Positions 38,716 to 52,211 of a stretch of DNA of 64,000 bases are shown here, piece after piece; the stretch's first letter is position 1; each line of letters begins with the position of its first letter. The position numbers and the translations under genes are program-made. Under the pieces are notes generated by a model that did not search any database, was not told the origin of the DNA, and saw only the letters and a list, made by a program, of their open reading frames with translations. This stretch comes from Octopus sinensis (Eukaryota). Location: contig NC_043002.1 in the NCBI RefSeq assembly GCF_006345805.1, positions 52,452,001-52,516,000 on the forward strand, in the 5' to 3' direction.

Positions 38716-38874
38716 AATTTGTAGTTTATATATATTTGTTTGTGTCCGTGTATGTGCATGTGTGTGTGTGTGTGAGAAAGAGAGAGAGAGAGAGGGAGGG
38801 AGAAACACGAAGAGGAGAGATGTGGGAAGAAGTAGATGCGTTAAATAAACAACTATTAAGAGTTATAAATATAC

Positions 38875-38946
38875 GGAGATTGGACAGCTCTTGATTTCTG
38901 TGAATGTCTTGAAACCAGTAAAACATAAGAATATAGTCTGAACTGT
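38875..38946 (-). CDS. candidate 72-nt internal exon (TVQTIFLCFTGFKTFTEIKSCPIS in phase 0)
   Basis: acceptor ATTTCTTTCAG, donor GTATAT; joins 34351-34509 in frame; all three frames are open, so the frame is unproven. Confidence 0.25.
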
Positions 38947-39464
38947 CTGAAAGAAATCGCATTTGCATATATACATATATCCACGTATGTATATATTATG
39001 TATATATGTATGTGTGCATGTAGATGTACGTGAGTGTATATAAGTATACACACCGTACTATTACTAATGTATTAGAATGAATTAAATTACAAGTCACCGA
39101 TGTTATTAATCTAATTTCTCTAACTTGTATTTCTTTCAAGTGCTGTATTTCCTTGTCTCCTCATTCGATATAGAAGGAGAGGATCATTGAAGACGAGGCT
39201 ATGAAAACCGGGAGAACCAGGAAAGGGTAAAAAAGACGAAGAGGAAAGTTTTCAGAAACGAAAATTTAGTAGCAGTTGCTAGGCATATACCTACGTGTTT
39301 ACTTTTCTCGTTTAAATAGAAACTCAGTGAAATCATTCAAGCTGGATAGTTCCGAAGTTTAACCGAGCGTTGAAAGTAAATAACTCACTCGGTACCTCAC
39401 AGGGATTTATGACTACATACTGTGTATGAGAACACTTGCATGTTAGCTGATGGACTATCAATGA

Positions 39465-39588
<124 letters not shown>

Positions 39589-40732
39589 CGCATGTATGCG
39601 TGTGTGTGTTTGTGTGTGCGTGTATGTGTGTGCATATATAAAACCAACAATATGGTTTTATATATGCACACAACAATATGCACTCTGAAGATGAGGCCTG
39701 ATCTAACCAATGTTTAGTTTCTTCCATCATAGGTTGCATATTTTTATGAACAACATTTGCCAATATTATGGAGTAACTCCGAGCCTCCAGAAACAATTGT
39801 CGGACTTGTAACATCATACCTACCCCACGTTAACTTTCCGCATCTTTGTAGTCTGTACGTTTGCTCTGTTAATAGATATTTATATATCTATTTATACATG
39901 GATATTCATCGTGTTGAAATTATCAGTCTTTGCATTCTCTTTATATACGTATATGTATATTTGTATATCAAACTCAACCGGTTTTATCTGTTTATTTGCA
40001 TTCATATCTACGCACCTGGATTCCTCTTATAGCCATTCTCTATCCCGCGAATTTGGTCCTCGGTAAAGATTTCGGACGGTAAGTTCAAATCACTTTAGTG
40101 ACGCTGAATGTCTTCTATATTGAGCTTCTCTGAATATCATCTGTTGACTATAAATACATACATACATACACACATACATACATACATACATACATTCATA
40201 CACACATACATACATACATACATACATACATACATACATACATACATACATACATACATACATACATACATACCTGTGTGAGGCGATCTGGTGTACGCGA
40301 AAGACTAAAGATTAAAACAAACTAAAAAGCGCATATGCGTATGCATATATTCTATATAACTTCATATACACGTTGTTCGGGGAAATACATTTTCAAGTTA
40401 TCTCAAAGTTTACTTCAAAGTAAATAAAAACTGAAAACAAAATTACTTCCCGTCTTCATTATATTTTATAGAAGTTCACATACATATGTTCATTCACCTC
40501 AGTCTCTCTGTTGCACATTAACAAGTCATTGTTAGTTGGTTTTTTTTAAAAAATACAGTGGTCTATTTCTTTAAGAAAAATATAACTGCGGGATTGAAAA
40601 TAAACAAAAAGAAGTGAAGAATGTACGAAAGTAAGGTTTATCTCTCGAGTAAGTGATACGAACGAGTAAATGCTTAAATGTCAGTTGTTAAGCATCATTA
40701 TTAGAGATTTCTCTTTTCATTTTTTAACAGTA

Positions 40733-41076
40733 AAGGGGTAAAGACCCCCTTCGGTCATGAATGACCATGGGATTGCACCTAGAAAGTTACCCTCCTAGAC
40801 ACAAGTCCGGGCAAGGTTGTTTTTATGGAAGACCAGCAGTCGCCCATGCATACCAGCCTCCCCTCTCCACGCCACCAGTGTTATCCAAGGGAAAGACAAA
40901 GGTCGATACAGCTTGGCACCTGTGACGTCGCAACTCATTTCTACAGCTGAGTGAACTGGTGCAACGTGAAATAAAGTGCCTTGCTCAAGAACACAACACG
41001 CAGCCCGGTCCGGGATTCGAGCTCACAACCTCACGATCGTAAGCTCGACGCTCTGACCACTGAGCCATGCGCCTTC
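40733..41076 (-). mobile_element. full-length tRNA-derived CORE-like SINE (family D)
   Basis: TGGCTCAGTGG A box, GCTCGAATCC B box, TTCTTGAGCAAGGCACTTT CORE-like motif; ACAGTA direct repeat at 40727-40732 and 41077-41082. Confidence 0.85.
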
Positions 41077-41767
41077 ACAGTATGATGTCGCTAATTCACG
41101 TCGGTAGCATCGCAGAGAATAATGCTTCTATTGTAAAAAAAAAAAAAAAGAAGTATGTGTATAAAAAGAATTGCAAATTGGCAATTCATTTAAAATTTTC
41201 TTTCGTAAATATTTAAATAATATTCTTGTCTACGTTTTGAAGAAATACGTTGTGCATATGTAGAGAGACAAGGTGAGTGAACTGGAAAGATTGAGAGAAA
41301 GGGAGAGAGAAATTTTACAAATATAGGATTTCGTTGGGGTAGACGGCGTTTGGTATTGACTATGTTTGTGTATGTATGTATGTATGTATGTATGTATGCC
41401 TTTATTCAGTTTTATTTCATGATTTCTTGCCAAAATGAAAGAGCCGGTTTCTAGCCTAGATCCAGGTTCCAACATTGGAATTTCAACATCAACAGGGTAT
41501 TTTTGTATGTATGTATGTATGTATGTATGTAGATTTGTATATTTTGTATAATGTGTGCATTCTCATTTATTTGCATGTCTTGACATGTACACATATAGTT
41601 AAATGACAAACATCTGGAAAGTTTTTCAGATTTTTACAGTTCCAGTGATGGCGTGGAACAGTAGTTTTCGAGTCAACTTTATCCTTTCTGGTTTTGAGGA
41701 GTCTAATACCTCAAGATTGGTATTTGTATGTATGCAAGTATGTATGTATCAATATATATATACATAT

Positions 41768-41990
41768 AGGAGGCGCAATGGCCTAGTGGTTAGGGCAGCG
41801 GACTTGCGGTCGGAGGATCGCGGTTTCGATTCCCAGACCGGGCGTTGTGTGTGTTTATTGAGCGAAAACACCTAAAAGCTCCACGAGGCTCCGGCAGGAG
41901 GTGGTGATCCGTGCTGTACTCTTTCACCACTCTAAAAGGCGGTGCTCCAGCATGGCCGCAGTCAAATGACTGAAACAAGTACAGAAAAAA
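41768..41990 (+). mobile_element. tRNA-derived SINE (family E head) joined to the CR1-like 3' tail
   Basis: TGGCCTAGTGG A box, TTCGATTCC B box; ends GGCGGTGCTCCAGCATGGCCGCAGTCAAATGACTGAAAC. Confidence 0.8.
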
Positions 41991-42011
41991 AAATATATAT
42001 ACATCTGTCCG

Positions 42012-42221
<210 letters not shown>

Positions 42222-43261
42222 ACGAATTGAGAAAGTCATTACAAAGTAGAATAGATTACGGAGGAGTATTTGTCCTGAGTCTCTCAGCCTTAGTTCCAAT
42301 CCTGGCAAGATCAAGGTTGCCTTCCATTATTTGGGGGTCGATAATTTATGTACAAGAGCAGGATGTTTTTTTGCCTAACTAATAAGAGCTTTGGTGAGTT
42401 GGTTCTCAGTACGTCACCCAGCGTTCTGAGAATGTCTTCCGTGTATGTACTATAAAGTATAACTGTATTAAAGAAATATTTTTACGTAACTACTAATTTT
42501 GTAATCATACCAGCGACAAAAGATGCACTTGAAAATTTCAATCGGTTTGTCCGATTTAGTGAAGTCACTAATAACACTGTGACACAATTTTAATATTTTT
42601 TGTGTTTGTTCAGTGTTAATTCCTATTTGCTTCTATCTAGAAATTAAAGGAAATAACTACTATTCATTTCAAACTTAGCTTTTGAGATCTGGACATCAAT
42701 GTTTTGAAACTAACCTAATTTCCATTACATTTCAGACAGTTTCATTACTGTATTGCTAAAGCAGAAATATCGTTATAGCAAACATTCTGCTCAATACCAC
42801 AAATTCGCTTGATCTTAACCACGTTACTAGAGTGGTTGAAAATATGTGCATCGCTGAATATGAGCATGTATAGTGGGGGAAAATCATAGCCATGTGTTGA
42901 GAGGGATTTTTGGTTGTTTGAATAAATGCAACAAAAGTTTGAAGGAAATATTAGCCATTTTTCATACTTTCTAGGAGTGACGAAATAGGAAATAACAGTT
43001 GCTACCCAAGGGCAAACTTTGTATTACATGGTGTAGTAGCGGTTTTACTAGTGGACAAAGCGGGAGTTACTCAATAAATACCAATATAGTATCGAATTTC
43101 ATTCGGTCCTGCACAGAACGATATTGCATGAGAGCAAACTGTTTTCATATGTACGTCTCCCTAAACACAGATGGTTAACTCTATTGATATATTCTGTAGT
43201 ACATAATAGTATTGCAAACAAACACCTGTTAATGCGCCATGAACGTATCTGTATGTATGTT

Positions 43262-43470
43262 TCTTTATTACCCACAAGGGGCTAAACATAGAGGGGACAA
43301 ACAAGGACAGACAAACGAATTAAGTCGATTACATCAACCCCAGTGCGTAACTGGTACTTAATTTATCGACTCCGAAAGGATGAAAGGCAAAGTCGACCTC
43401 GGCGGAATTTGAACTCAGAACGTAGCGGCAGACGAAATACGGCTACGCATTTCGCCCGGCGTGCTAACGT
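43262..43470 (-). mobile_element. SINE family A, young
   Basis: close reverse complement of 58680-58911. Confidence 0.9.
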
Positions 43471-43517
43471 ATCTGTATGTATGTATGTATGTATGTATGT
43501 ATGTATGTATGTATGTA

Positions 43518-43580
<63 letters not shown>

Positions 43581-44329
43581 TTGTATACATGCAAAGAGGG
43601 AAGAAAGTGAGAGATACAAGAGAAAGATAGAGCGAATGCATGCATGCATATTTAAAATTTATTGACTTTAGAATTATTTTTTTATTGTGCTTATCTAACA
43701 TTTTCGCTTCGTCTTAAGATAACTTGTAACGTTGCTTTGGAAGTGTTTCTGTATGTATGAGTGTGTTTACGACAGCTAGGTGTACGTTTAAATATGTATG
43801 AGTTTGTATGAGTGGTTACGAGTGGTTATGAGTGGTTCAATCTGTATGTGAGAAACGATGTTTCTTGAGAAACGTTGTCTATGTTTTAATCTTTTATAAA
43901 AATTAAACTATGAGACAAAATGTCTTCTAATGATTAGAATGCGAAATTATTTGAATAGTCTAGAAAAATATACATAATGTACATAACATTAAAAAGTAAA
44001 GCAAGAAACGAAAGATGGAGAACATTTATATGAAACTATTGATTGCTTTTTTTGCTTTCGATTATTAATTTTTTCTGTTCTTTTCTTATTTCCACTTTGT
44101 ATGCTTTACACTAATATGTCTAAATGAAGCGTTATTTAAATTTAATTGAATTTGTGGAGATCAAGGATATTAAATTTATGTAATTATGTAATTGGTCATA
44201 CACACAGATACACATATACACATACATATACACATAAATATGTAGATATATATGTGCGTGTATCATAATTGAAATTTGGTAATTATTCAAATACACTCGT
44301 TTCTGATTACTATACATACACTTAACACT

Positions 44330-44780
44330 ATAAGCACCCAAACGAGCCATTGCTGGATAAAGCCATGCCCTCTGTTAATTTGTTCGGGTTTCAGTGCTCG
44401 ATCCCAAATTGTCAGTTTAATTCAACACATCCTTCCATTTTGGTCGTTGTGGCCCACTATTTCTTTTGAAGTCTCTTAGAATCTCAGTCTATCAACTTTC
44501 CACTACTGTATCGTTACTTAACTTCAGGACGTTTCCAAAGCAACTACATTTGAATGATGTTATGGATTTGACAACATTATCTAGTTTTGTTCGGTTTAGA
44601 TTTTGCCCCGTTGCTTATGGTCTTTTCTCATTATTCCAGACATAATGGATTGATATGGATGCTTGAAACGCATATATCTTACCTGTCAGTTCATTTGTCG
44701 GATTCTATGTTTCTGCACCATAAGGAATAGTGGTGATGACAAATTGGTTGTCATCTCAGCTTCTTAGTTTCAGAAGAAAA
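44330..44780 (-). mobile_element. highly decayed RTE-like LINE C-terminal fragment
   Basis: IPYGAET*N...RTKLDNVVKSITSFKCSCFGNVLKL...RDFKRNSGPQRPKWKDVLN resembles the RTE YGxETW / WxGHVLR / RGRPxxRW pattern. Confidence 0.55.
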
Positions 44781-45014
44781 TTCCTCTTAAAAGACCAGTT
44801 TTTAACAACCGATTTTTTAAAACTTGCTAGTTGAAGTTAATTTGCTGTTTTGTCTCTTCTATCTCTTTTGTTGGTTGGTTTGTTATAAGCTACCCAATCT
44901 AGGAGTGACATATTGCGACAGACTTGAAACGGATTTTTCTTTATTTATGATATCAGAAACTTCAAACATGTTCTTTGTCAGTCATACAGCCTTATTTTCC
45001 ATATTCAGTTGGCG

Positions 45015-45161
45015 TAGGCGTGGCTGTGTGATAAGAAGATTGTTTCCTAACAATATGGCTCCGGGTTCAGTCCCACTTTGGATAAATATCTTCTGCGATA
45101 GCCTCGAGCATACCAAAATTACGAGAGTGGATTCGGTAGACGGAATCTGAAAGAAGACCGT

Positions 45162-45165
<4 letters not shown>
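45015..45165 (+). mobile_element. SINE family B
   Basis: GGCGTAGGCGTGGCTGTGTG...GGGTTCAGTCCCACT...GAAAGAAGACCGTTGTATA. Confidence 0.8.
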
Positions 45166-45205
<40 letters not shown>

Positions 45206-45208
<3 letters not shown>

Positions 45209-45385
45209 GGGTTGGAAAAAATAATGGAAACACTTAGCATCATAGCATCATAATTTTGAAATATATATAAAACCGTCAAAAGCTTGTTTATTTTTATGTT
45301 TTGTTTTATTTATAATTAGTTTTGCTTTATATGTTTTGCTAAACTTGCTGCTTCTTTTCGGATATCATCAGAAAAATGTAATTAC
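45206..45385 (+). mobile_element. solo terminal fragment of the Tc1 family at 53267-54502
   Basis: TA-CAGGGGTTGGAAAAAATAATGGAAACAC TIR followed by sequence matching the reverse complement of 54320-54502. Confidence 0.8.
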
Positions 45386-45499
45386 TGTAGCCCGAGGCAA
45401 CAGTAAAAGACACTTGCTCAAGGTGTCACGCAATGGCACTGAACTCGGAACCATGTGGTTGGGGAGCAAGCTTCTTACCACACAGCCACGCCTACGCCT

Positions 45500-45625
45500 A
45501 GTAGCCATGATAGATCGGTAGCCACTACACATATTTTTTCTCTCTTGTTTTTTCTGTGTCCCTTTCTGTAGAAGAGCGTTATACTAATACATCTGTTTCT
45601 TTTTACACCACCTGTCTTCGTCTTT
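45500..45625 (+). repeat. internally deleted copy of the repeat at 55560-55740
   Basis: ATGATAGATCG.TAGCCACT...CTTTCTGTAGAAGAGCG...CACCTGTCTTCGTCTTT. Confidence 0.7.
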
Positions 45626-45655
45626 TCTTTTTTTCTTGAACTCTTCCTATATATA

Positions 45656-45761
<106 letters not shown>

Positions 45762-45998
45762 TGTGTGTGTGTGTATGTATGTATATGTTTATGAATGCAT
45801 GTGTAAGTTGTTGTGTATCTACGTGTGTGTGTATACGTGCATACGTAAATCTTTAGATTCTCAATGAATGAAGTTAGTACTTTATATAAACTGAATATCT
45901 TTTACTTGCAACGTCATTTTCAACCCATGGTTTTCTCATCTTAAATCGCAATGGCGTGGAACTCGAATGATATATACATCCGTATCTCTCTCTGTATG

Positions 45999-46059
<61 letters not shown>

Positions 46060-46071
46060 ATATATATATGT

Positions 46072-49000
46072 AGATCTTCTGCTGAGAGCATGGACGATTG
46101 CTAGTGGCGATCCGCCGAACAACATCATCACTGCCGCGCTAAAAAACAATGGATTTCATAGAACCATTGACCAGATAGAGCGGAAGAAAAGTGAGTTTAT
46201 CCGGCCTTACATGCTTATAAGACCACACATCAAAACACTGGACAACATAATTGAAAATTATTGTGGCAAAGCTGATGAGGATGAAGAGGACGAAAAAGAG
46301 AAGGAAGCCGGATGTCTCTGTGATCCAGGGGTTCCTCAGGAAAATGGATCACCAACCCCGGTGAACGACCAGGTAGTGAAGGATAGGTGAGCCAAGGGAG
46401 CAGAAACCGGAAGTCCCCCTGTACCAGTTGACCTACGAAGAAATGAAACATTAGAAAAACAGAAGAAAAAAGGAAGGACCGAAAACAAAAATAAGGAGGG
46501 AAAAGGAGGAAAAGGCAAAACAACCAAAGCTGAAACCCCAACCCACCACACAAACAGCAGAGAACCCCATGGAGGATCCAATGCCACCCAGTACACTTCA
46601 GAAAAGAAGAAATCTGGAAGGCACCGAAGAACCTGTAAGTTCTACCTGCGGGGCAAATGTTGGCATGGTGAGGACGGCAAAAACTGCCGGTTCGCCCACC
46701 CGACACCCCGCCAGAACTTCAGGCGACTCAAAGAGAAAAACTTTACCGAGGGAACACAAGAAATGTCTCCCAGGAAAACTTTCAAAAGACGAAGTGCGCT
46801 CCTCAGGTGTTCTGCGCAACGCAGCATCTGAGCAAGAGTTTTTTTTTTATGCATGGCGCAAAGAATTGTCCGGCAGCTAACCTGGCTACACCAAGCACAG
46901 AGAAGGAACCCTGCCCACCACTATGCAAGACCACCACAGTCAACAGACACGGGATGGCCTCCCTAACGCCTGCACAGCCATCACCCCAATACTTTTACTA
47001 AATATTGGGGGCCTGTTGCATCAAAATAGAAACAAAATTTCTTTCCTGAGAGATCTTACTGCATGCAATCAGGCCCTATGCATAGCACTTGTGGAAACTC
47101 ACCTCAACCCTGATATAGAGGACGCAGAAGTACACATACCAAACTATGCCATACTGCGACGGACAGAAGGGAAAGGAGCCATGGTGGAGTTGCTGTATAC
47201 ATCCACGATGACCTCACACCCCAGGTCTTAATGACATACTCAAATTCGGTATGTGACACTTTAATTGTATACATAAGACAACATAATATAGTCATATGCA
47301 ATACATATTGCCCACCGGATGCCCCAAATCACATAGGCAAGTTTGAAGATTGCCTCACAAGAATTAAAGAAATCCTCATGAATCTGGAACACCACGTGAC
47401 CATATTTCTTATGGGTGATTTCAACTTCCCCAACGTCAAATGGCCCGAAGGTCACATACTCTCAGGAATGAATCATTGCAAGCAAGTACAGGTGGAGTCC
47501 CTGCTCAACCTCACCAATGTCTTATTCATGGAGCAAGTTGTACTCAAGCCAACTAGGGCGAATAACATTCTGGATCTCTGCTTCACGAACAATATGGACA
47601 TCATTCATGATGTGAAAGTGACACCGACATCAGTTTCGGATCACAACATAATAGAGCTGTCTATGTTTGGGCCAAAAGTAACCAGAGACATACAGCCTAA
47701 AAGAAGCACCCGAAATCTCTCCAATCTGAACTTCCACAAAGCAGATTGGAAATCGATCCAAAAAGAGATCCTCAGAGAGGACTGGCTGGAATGTCTCTCC
47801 ACACCAGACATTGACATGAAACTAGAATGTTTCATGTCTTCTGTGCAAGCCGTATGCCAGAAATATGTTCCAGAGCACAAGGCCAAAACAAATAGGAGCA
47901 AGATTCCAAGAGACAGGAAGATCCTCATGAGACGTTGGACGAAGGTTGCAAATCGTCTCAACCAACATCCCAAAAGTAGCGAAACGTCCCGCTTAAAAAC
48001 AACACTGATGGAGATCGAAAAAAGGCTGCAATAATCCTATGTGAAGGAGAAAGCAGACAAAGAAGCCTGGGTTATAAAAAACATTAAATCAAACCCAAAG
48101 GCCTTCTTTCATTACGCGAAAGAAACAGTCTCAGTGCACTACAAGATAGGACCCCTCCTCCAAAAGGATGGCTCCCTCACAGACAGTCCAACTATGATCA
48201 GTGAGATGCTGAATGACCAGTTCAAAAGTGTCTTTACCACTCCGTTGGAACACAGACAAGTGAACGAACCAGTGGACTTCTTTGCCGCCTCACCTATAAC
48301 CAGCGAGGCGGTTACAATAGAATGTATTGACATTATCGAAAAAGATGTCCTACTAGCCATAGATGAAGTGGACACAAACTCAGCTGTTGGTCCAGACGGT
48401 TTCCCAGCCATCCTCCTCAAAGCGTGTAAGAATACCCTGGCAAAACCCCTCAAGATTCTCTTCCAGAGAATGGCAAACTGCGAATGGCAAGCTGCCAAGC
48501 AAGCTGAAGGAGGGAATAATATGCCCAATACATAAAGGGGGAAGTAGAGCAGATGCCAAAAACTATAGGCCTATCTTTCTGACTTCACACATCAGCAAAG
48601 TCATGGAACGGATAGTCAGAAAGAAACTAATCGCATTCCTTGAGGAAAATAACTTGCTGAGTGATACCCAGCATGGTTTTCGACCAGGTAGGAGCTGCCT
48701 GAACCAGCTCTTACAGCATTATGACTGGGTGTTGAGGCAGTTACTCAACAAATCAAATGTGAACGTAATCTACCTTGATTTTGCAAAAGCTTTTGACAAG
48801 GTGGATCATGGTATGATATGCCACAAACTGCGTGACCTCGGCATAGCTGGAAAACTTGGAGTGTGGTTGCATGACTTTCTGAAAGATAGGAGTCAGGCAG
48901 TAGTGGTTAATGGAGCCACCTCTGTGAACACACAAATAGTGAGCGGTGTTCCACAGGGCACTGCTCTTTATAGTGGCCCTCTCAGATATGCCCTCAAATG

Positions 49001-50005
49001 CCCGGATAGCCACTCTGGCCAGCTATGCAGACGATACGAAAGTTTCGCAGAAAATACAGAACCCCAGCGATGTTGCACACCTGCAGCAGGAGTTGGACTC
49101 AATCTACAGATGGGCTGAGGATAATAATATGCAGTTTAATGCTGAAAAATTCCAGGCCCTGCGCTACCAGCATCCAAAACTGAATATTAAACTTTCAGGA
49201 TACACTGGTCCACATGGAATTTCAATCCCAGAGCCTAAGTCTGTGAGGGACCTGGGTATTGACATGAGTGATGATACCTCTTTCCAAGTGCACATTACCA
49301 GGATGGCGACAAAGTGCAGACGACTGGCTGGGTGGATCCTAAGAACATTCAGAACTAGAGATAAGGAAAGCATGATGGTCCTCTGGCGGACATTCGTCCT
49401 CAGCCGCCTGGATTACTGCTCACAGCTATGGTCACCCACCAGTGTAAAATTACCAGCGGACCTTCAAACAATCCAGAGAAGATTCACAAAAAAGATCGTC
49501 TTTGCAATAGCTCAGCTACTGGGAAAGGTTGAAACAGCTAAGACTCTACTCCCTGGTGAGAAGACGGGAGAGGTATGCAGTAATATATGTCTGGAAGATC
49601 CTGGAAGGAATTGTGCCAAATTTTGGCATTGTAAGCTACACCAATGCTAGAACGGGACGACACTGCATAGTGCCAAAGATCCCAGCAATGCCATCACGCT
49701 TCAGGACCAGCTTCTGCAACAGCGTGGGTTTCAAGGGCCCACAGCTTTTTAATATTCTCCCAAAGAGTCTGAGGAACTTGCACAAAGTAGATGTAGCGGT
49801 TTTTAAATCAAAGCTGGACATCTTCCTGTCAAGAGTCCCAGATGAACCTACCTCACGGCAAGAGGTGCAAATGAGAGTAGCTATATCAAACTCCATTCTT
49901 CACCAAGTGCCACATATTAGACGAGGTTCGTCGTAATAACAGTGTAGCACAAAACGGCGGTGCATCAGCATGGCCGCAGCTCTGAGCTGAAACTAGAAAA
50001 AAAAA
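46072..50005 (+). mobile_element. near-full-length CR1-type LINE (ORF1 with CCCH finger; ORF2 APE-RT broken by frameshifts)
   Basis: APE motifs LLNIGGL, LVETHL, GDFNFP, SDHN; RT motifs YRPIFLTS, QHGFR, YLDFAKAFDKVDH, GVPQGT, YADDTK; RLDYCSQLWSP thumb; 3' stem-loop and A-tail. Confidence 0.95.
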
Positions 50006-50059
50006 TATATACATACATTTATTCATAAATACATACACCTACGCATATATATATATATA

Positions 50060-51350
50060 CGAGGGACGTTCAATAAGTAATGCTCCTGACCCACATGCAA
50101 TTATTTGATCTAGCTGAAATTTTGCATGTGCAATTATTTATATCTCTATAGATAAAGTGACAAATTACAGCTCTGGACTAATTGCGGTTTCTGATTTACA
50201 GGTGTTTGAACTGAGTCAAGTATGAAATGGAGCCTGTTGAGTGTCGAGCAGTGATCCGGTTTTTGTATTTGAAAGGACGCACACCACGGAAGACTTTTGA
50301 TGAAATGAAAGTAACTTATGGTGATGATGCCCCATCATATGACCTTGTAAAACGCTGGCATCGTGAATTTAAACATGGTCGGAACTCTGTGGAAACAGCT
50401 CCCAGATCTGGTCGCCCCCTTTCTGCCATTGATGAGGCATCTGTCCGTCAAGTTGAGGCTGCCATTTTGGAAGATCGACGCATAACTATTCGCGAAATAC
50501 CCCTTAAGGTCAAGATTAGTACCGGGTCACTGGAAACTATCATTCATGACCATTCGCATATGCAAAAGGTGTCTGCAAGATGGATTCCCAGGTTGCTCAC
50601 ACCTTTCCAGAAGCAAGAACGCGTCGTGTGCACGAGGATCAATTTGGAGATGTGCCAAGAAGATGAGTCAAAATTTTTCAAAAGACTGATAACACAGGAT
50701 GAAACCTGGGTCCATCACTATGATCCAGAGACCAAAGCTCAGTCAATGCAGTGGAAGCACCGTGACTCACCTCCTCCAAAGAAGGCAAGGGTACAGCCCT
50801 CCGCTGGCAAGGTCATGCTCACAGTCTTCTGGGACCAGGACGGAGTAGTAATGACAGATTTCCTGGCAAAGGGTACCACAATTACAGGAGCCTATTATGC
50901 TTCACTTTTGAGGAAATTAAGAGAAGCTATCAAAATCAAGAGACGGGGCAAGATCAGCAAAGGCATCCTCCTCCTGCAGGACAACGCTCCGGTCCACAAC
51001 TCGCTTGTCGCCAGATCAGAAGCACAGGCGGGCGGCTATGAACTCCACCCCATCACCCCTACTCTCCTGATCTTGCACCCTCTGATTTTCACCTCTTCCC
51101 AGCCATGAAGTTGTTTTTGAAAGGAAAGCATTTTCCAGATGATGCAGCCTTGATTTCTGAAGTCACGTCGTGGTTGGAGGACCAAGCTGGGGTCTTCTAC
51201 AAAAACGGTCTCCAGAGCTGCATCAAACGATGAGAGAAATGCGTAACTCTGGGTGTTTCCTATGTAGACAAAGACTAATAACTGTGCCAGGTTTCGTTGC
51301 TCTACTGCTATAGGAAGTGGGTCAGGGGCATAACTTATTGAACGCCCCTC

Positions 51351-51351
<1 letters not shown>
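50060..51351 (+). mobile_element. full-length mariner transposon (DD34D)
   Basis: TIRs CGAGGG(A/G)CGTTCAATAAGT..TGC.CCTGACCCAC; TA flanks at 50058-59 and 51352-53; 1292 bp. Confidence 0.95.
50227..51270 (+). pseudogene. mariner transposase with one frameshift and one late stop
   Basis: WIPRLL, TQDETW and QDNAPVH in ORF 50227-51108; PYSPDLAPSDF continues in a shifted frame from about 51055; TGA near 51230. Confidence 0.9.
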
Positions 51352-51392
<41 letters not shown>

Positions 51393-52165
51393 ATATGTAT
51401 GTATATATAAATATATATATATAAACCCACATATATACACCATACACACGCAGATGTCAATATTTGTATTTTTGTCTTGAAGCAACTTCAGCGTTTCTGA
51501 ATGAATAAATTTCACTATCTCTGTGATATCTTGTATTACAGTCATAGATTTTTAGATGTGTCTGTCATCTTGTGAAATGTCTTCGTGTATCATTCTAACG
51601 CTCTCTTTCTTATCTATAAATACCTATGTGCCTCTGGTAATCGGCAGTCGAAACACTAATTCTCTGTGGTTAGCAAAATCAAGATAGAATTCTAAATATT
51701 ACATTTGTATAAATAACACTGTTGCTTGTTCGTCTTTTTGACTTTTAAACTGTTAATGATATTATATTTAAAGAAAGAAACATATGCAGTCATAAAAATA
51801 TGGTATACGTCGTAATAGTCATAATTACAGAATTACCCCGCAATGGTAAAATGTTGAACGAATTTTGAATTCTTTGAATGATAATGATTCATGTAAAAGA
51901 AGCTAGAGTTGGATTTTGAAATTAAAAGACGTAGCTAAAAATTAAATAAGTTTAAAATTTGGTTATTTTCTCTTTTTCAAATGAAAACATTAGTTGCACA
52001 TTTTGCTCGAAGACATGTCTGCTGATATACATATATACATACATGCATACATACATACATACATACATACATACATACATACATACATACATACATACAT
52101 ACATACATAATACAAGGATGCATACATACATATATACATACGTATATACATACACATACACGCAA

Positions 52166-52211
<46 letters not shown>

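Noticed and set aside
40990-41076. tRNA-like sequences here, at 41768-41845 and at 60250-60320
   Set aside because: A and B boxes are present but there is no proper acceptor stem, and each continues into a SINE body.
46230-49896. Minus-strand ORFs of 60-158 aa over the LINE
   Set aside because: Antisense shadows of the CR1 coding sequence.
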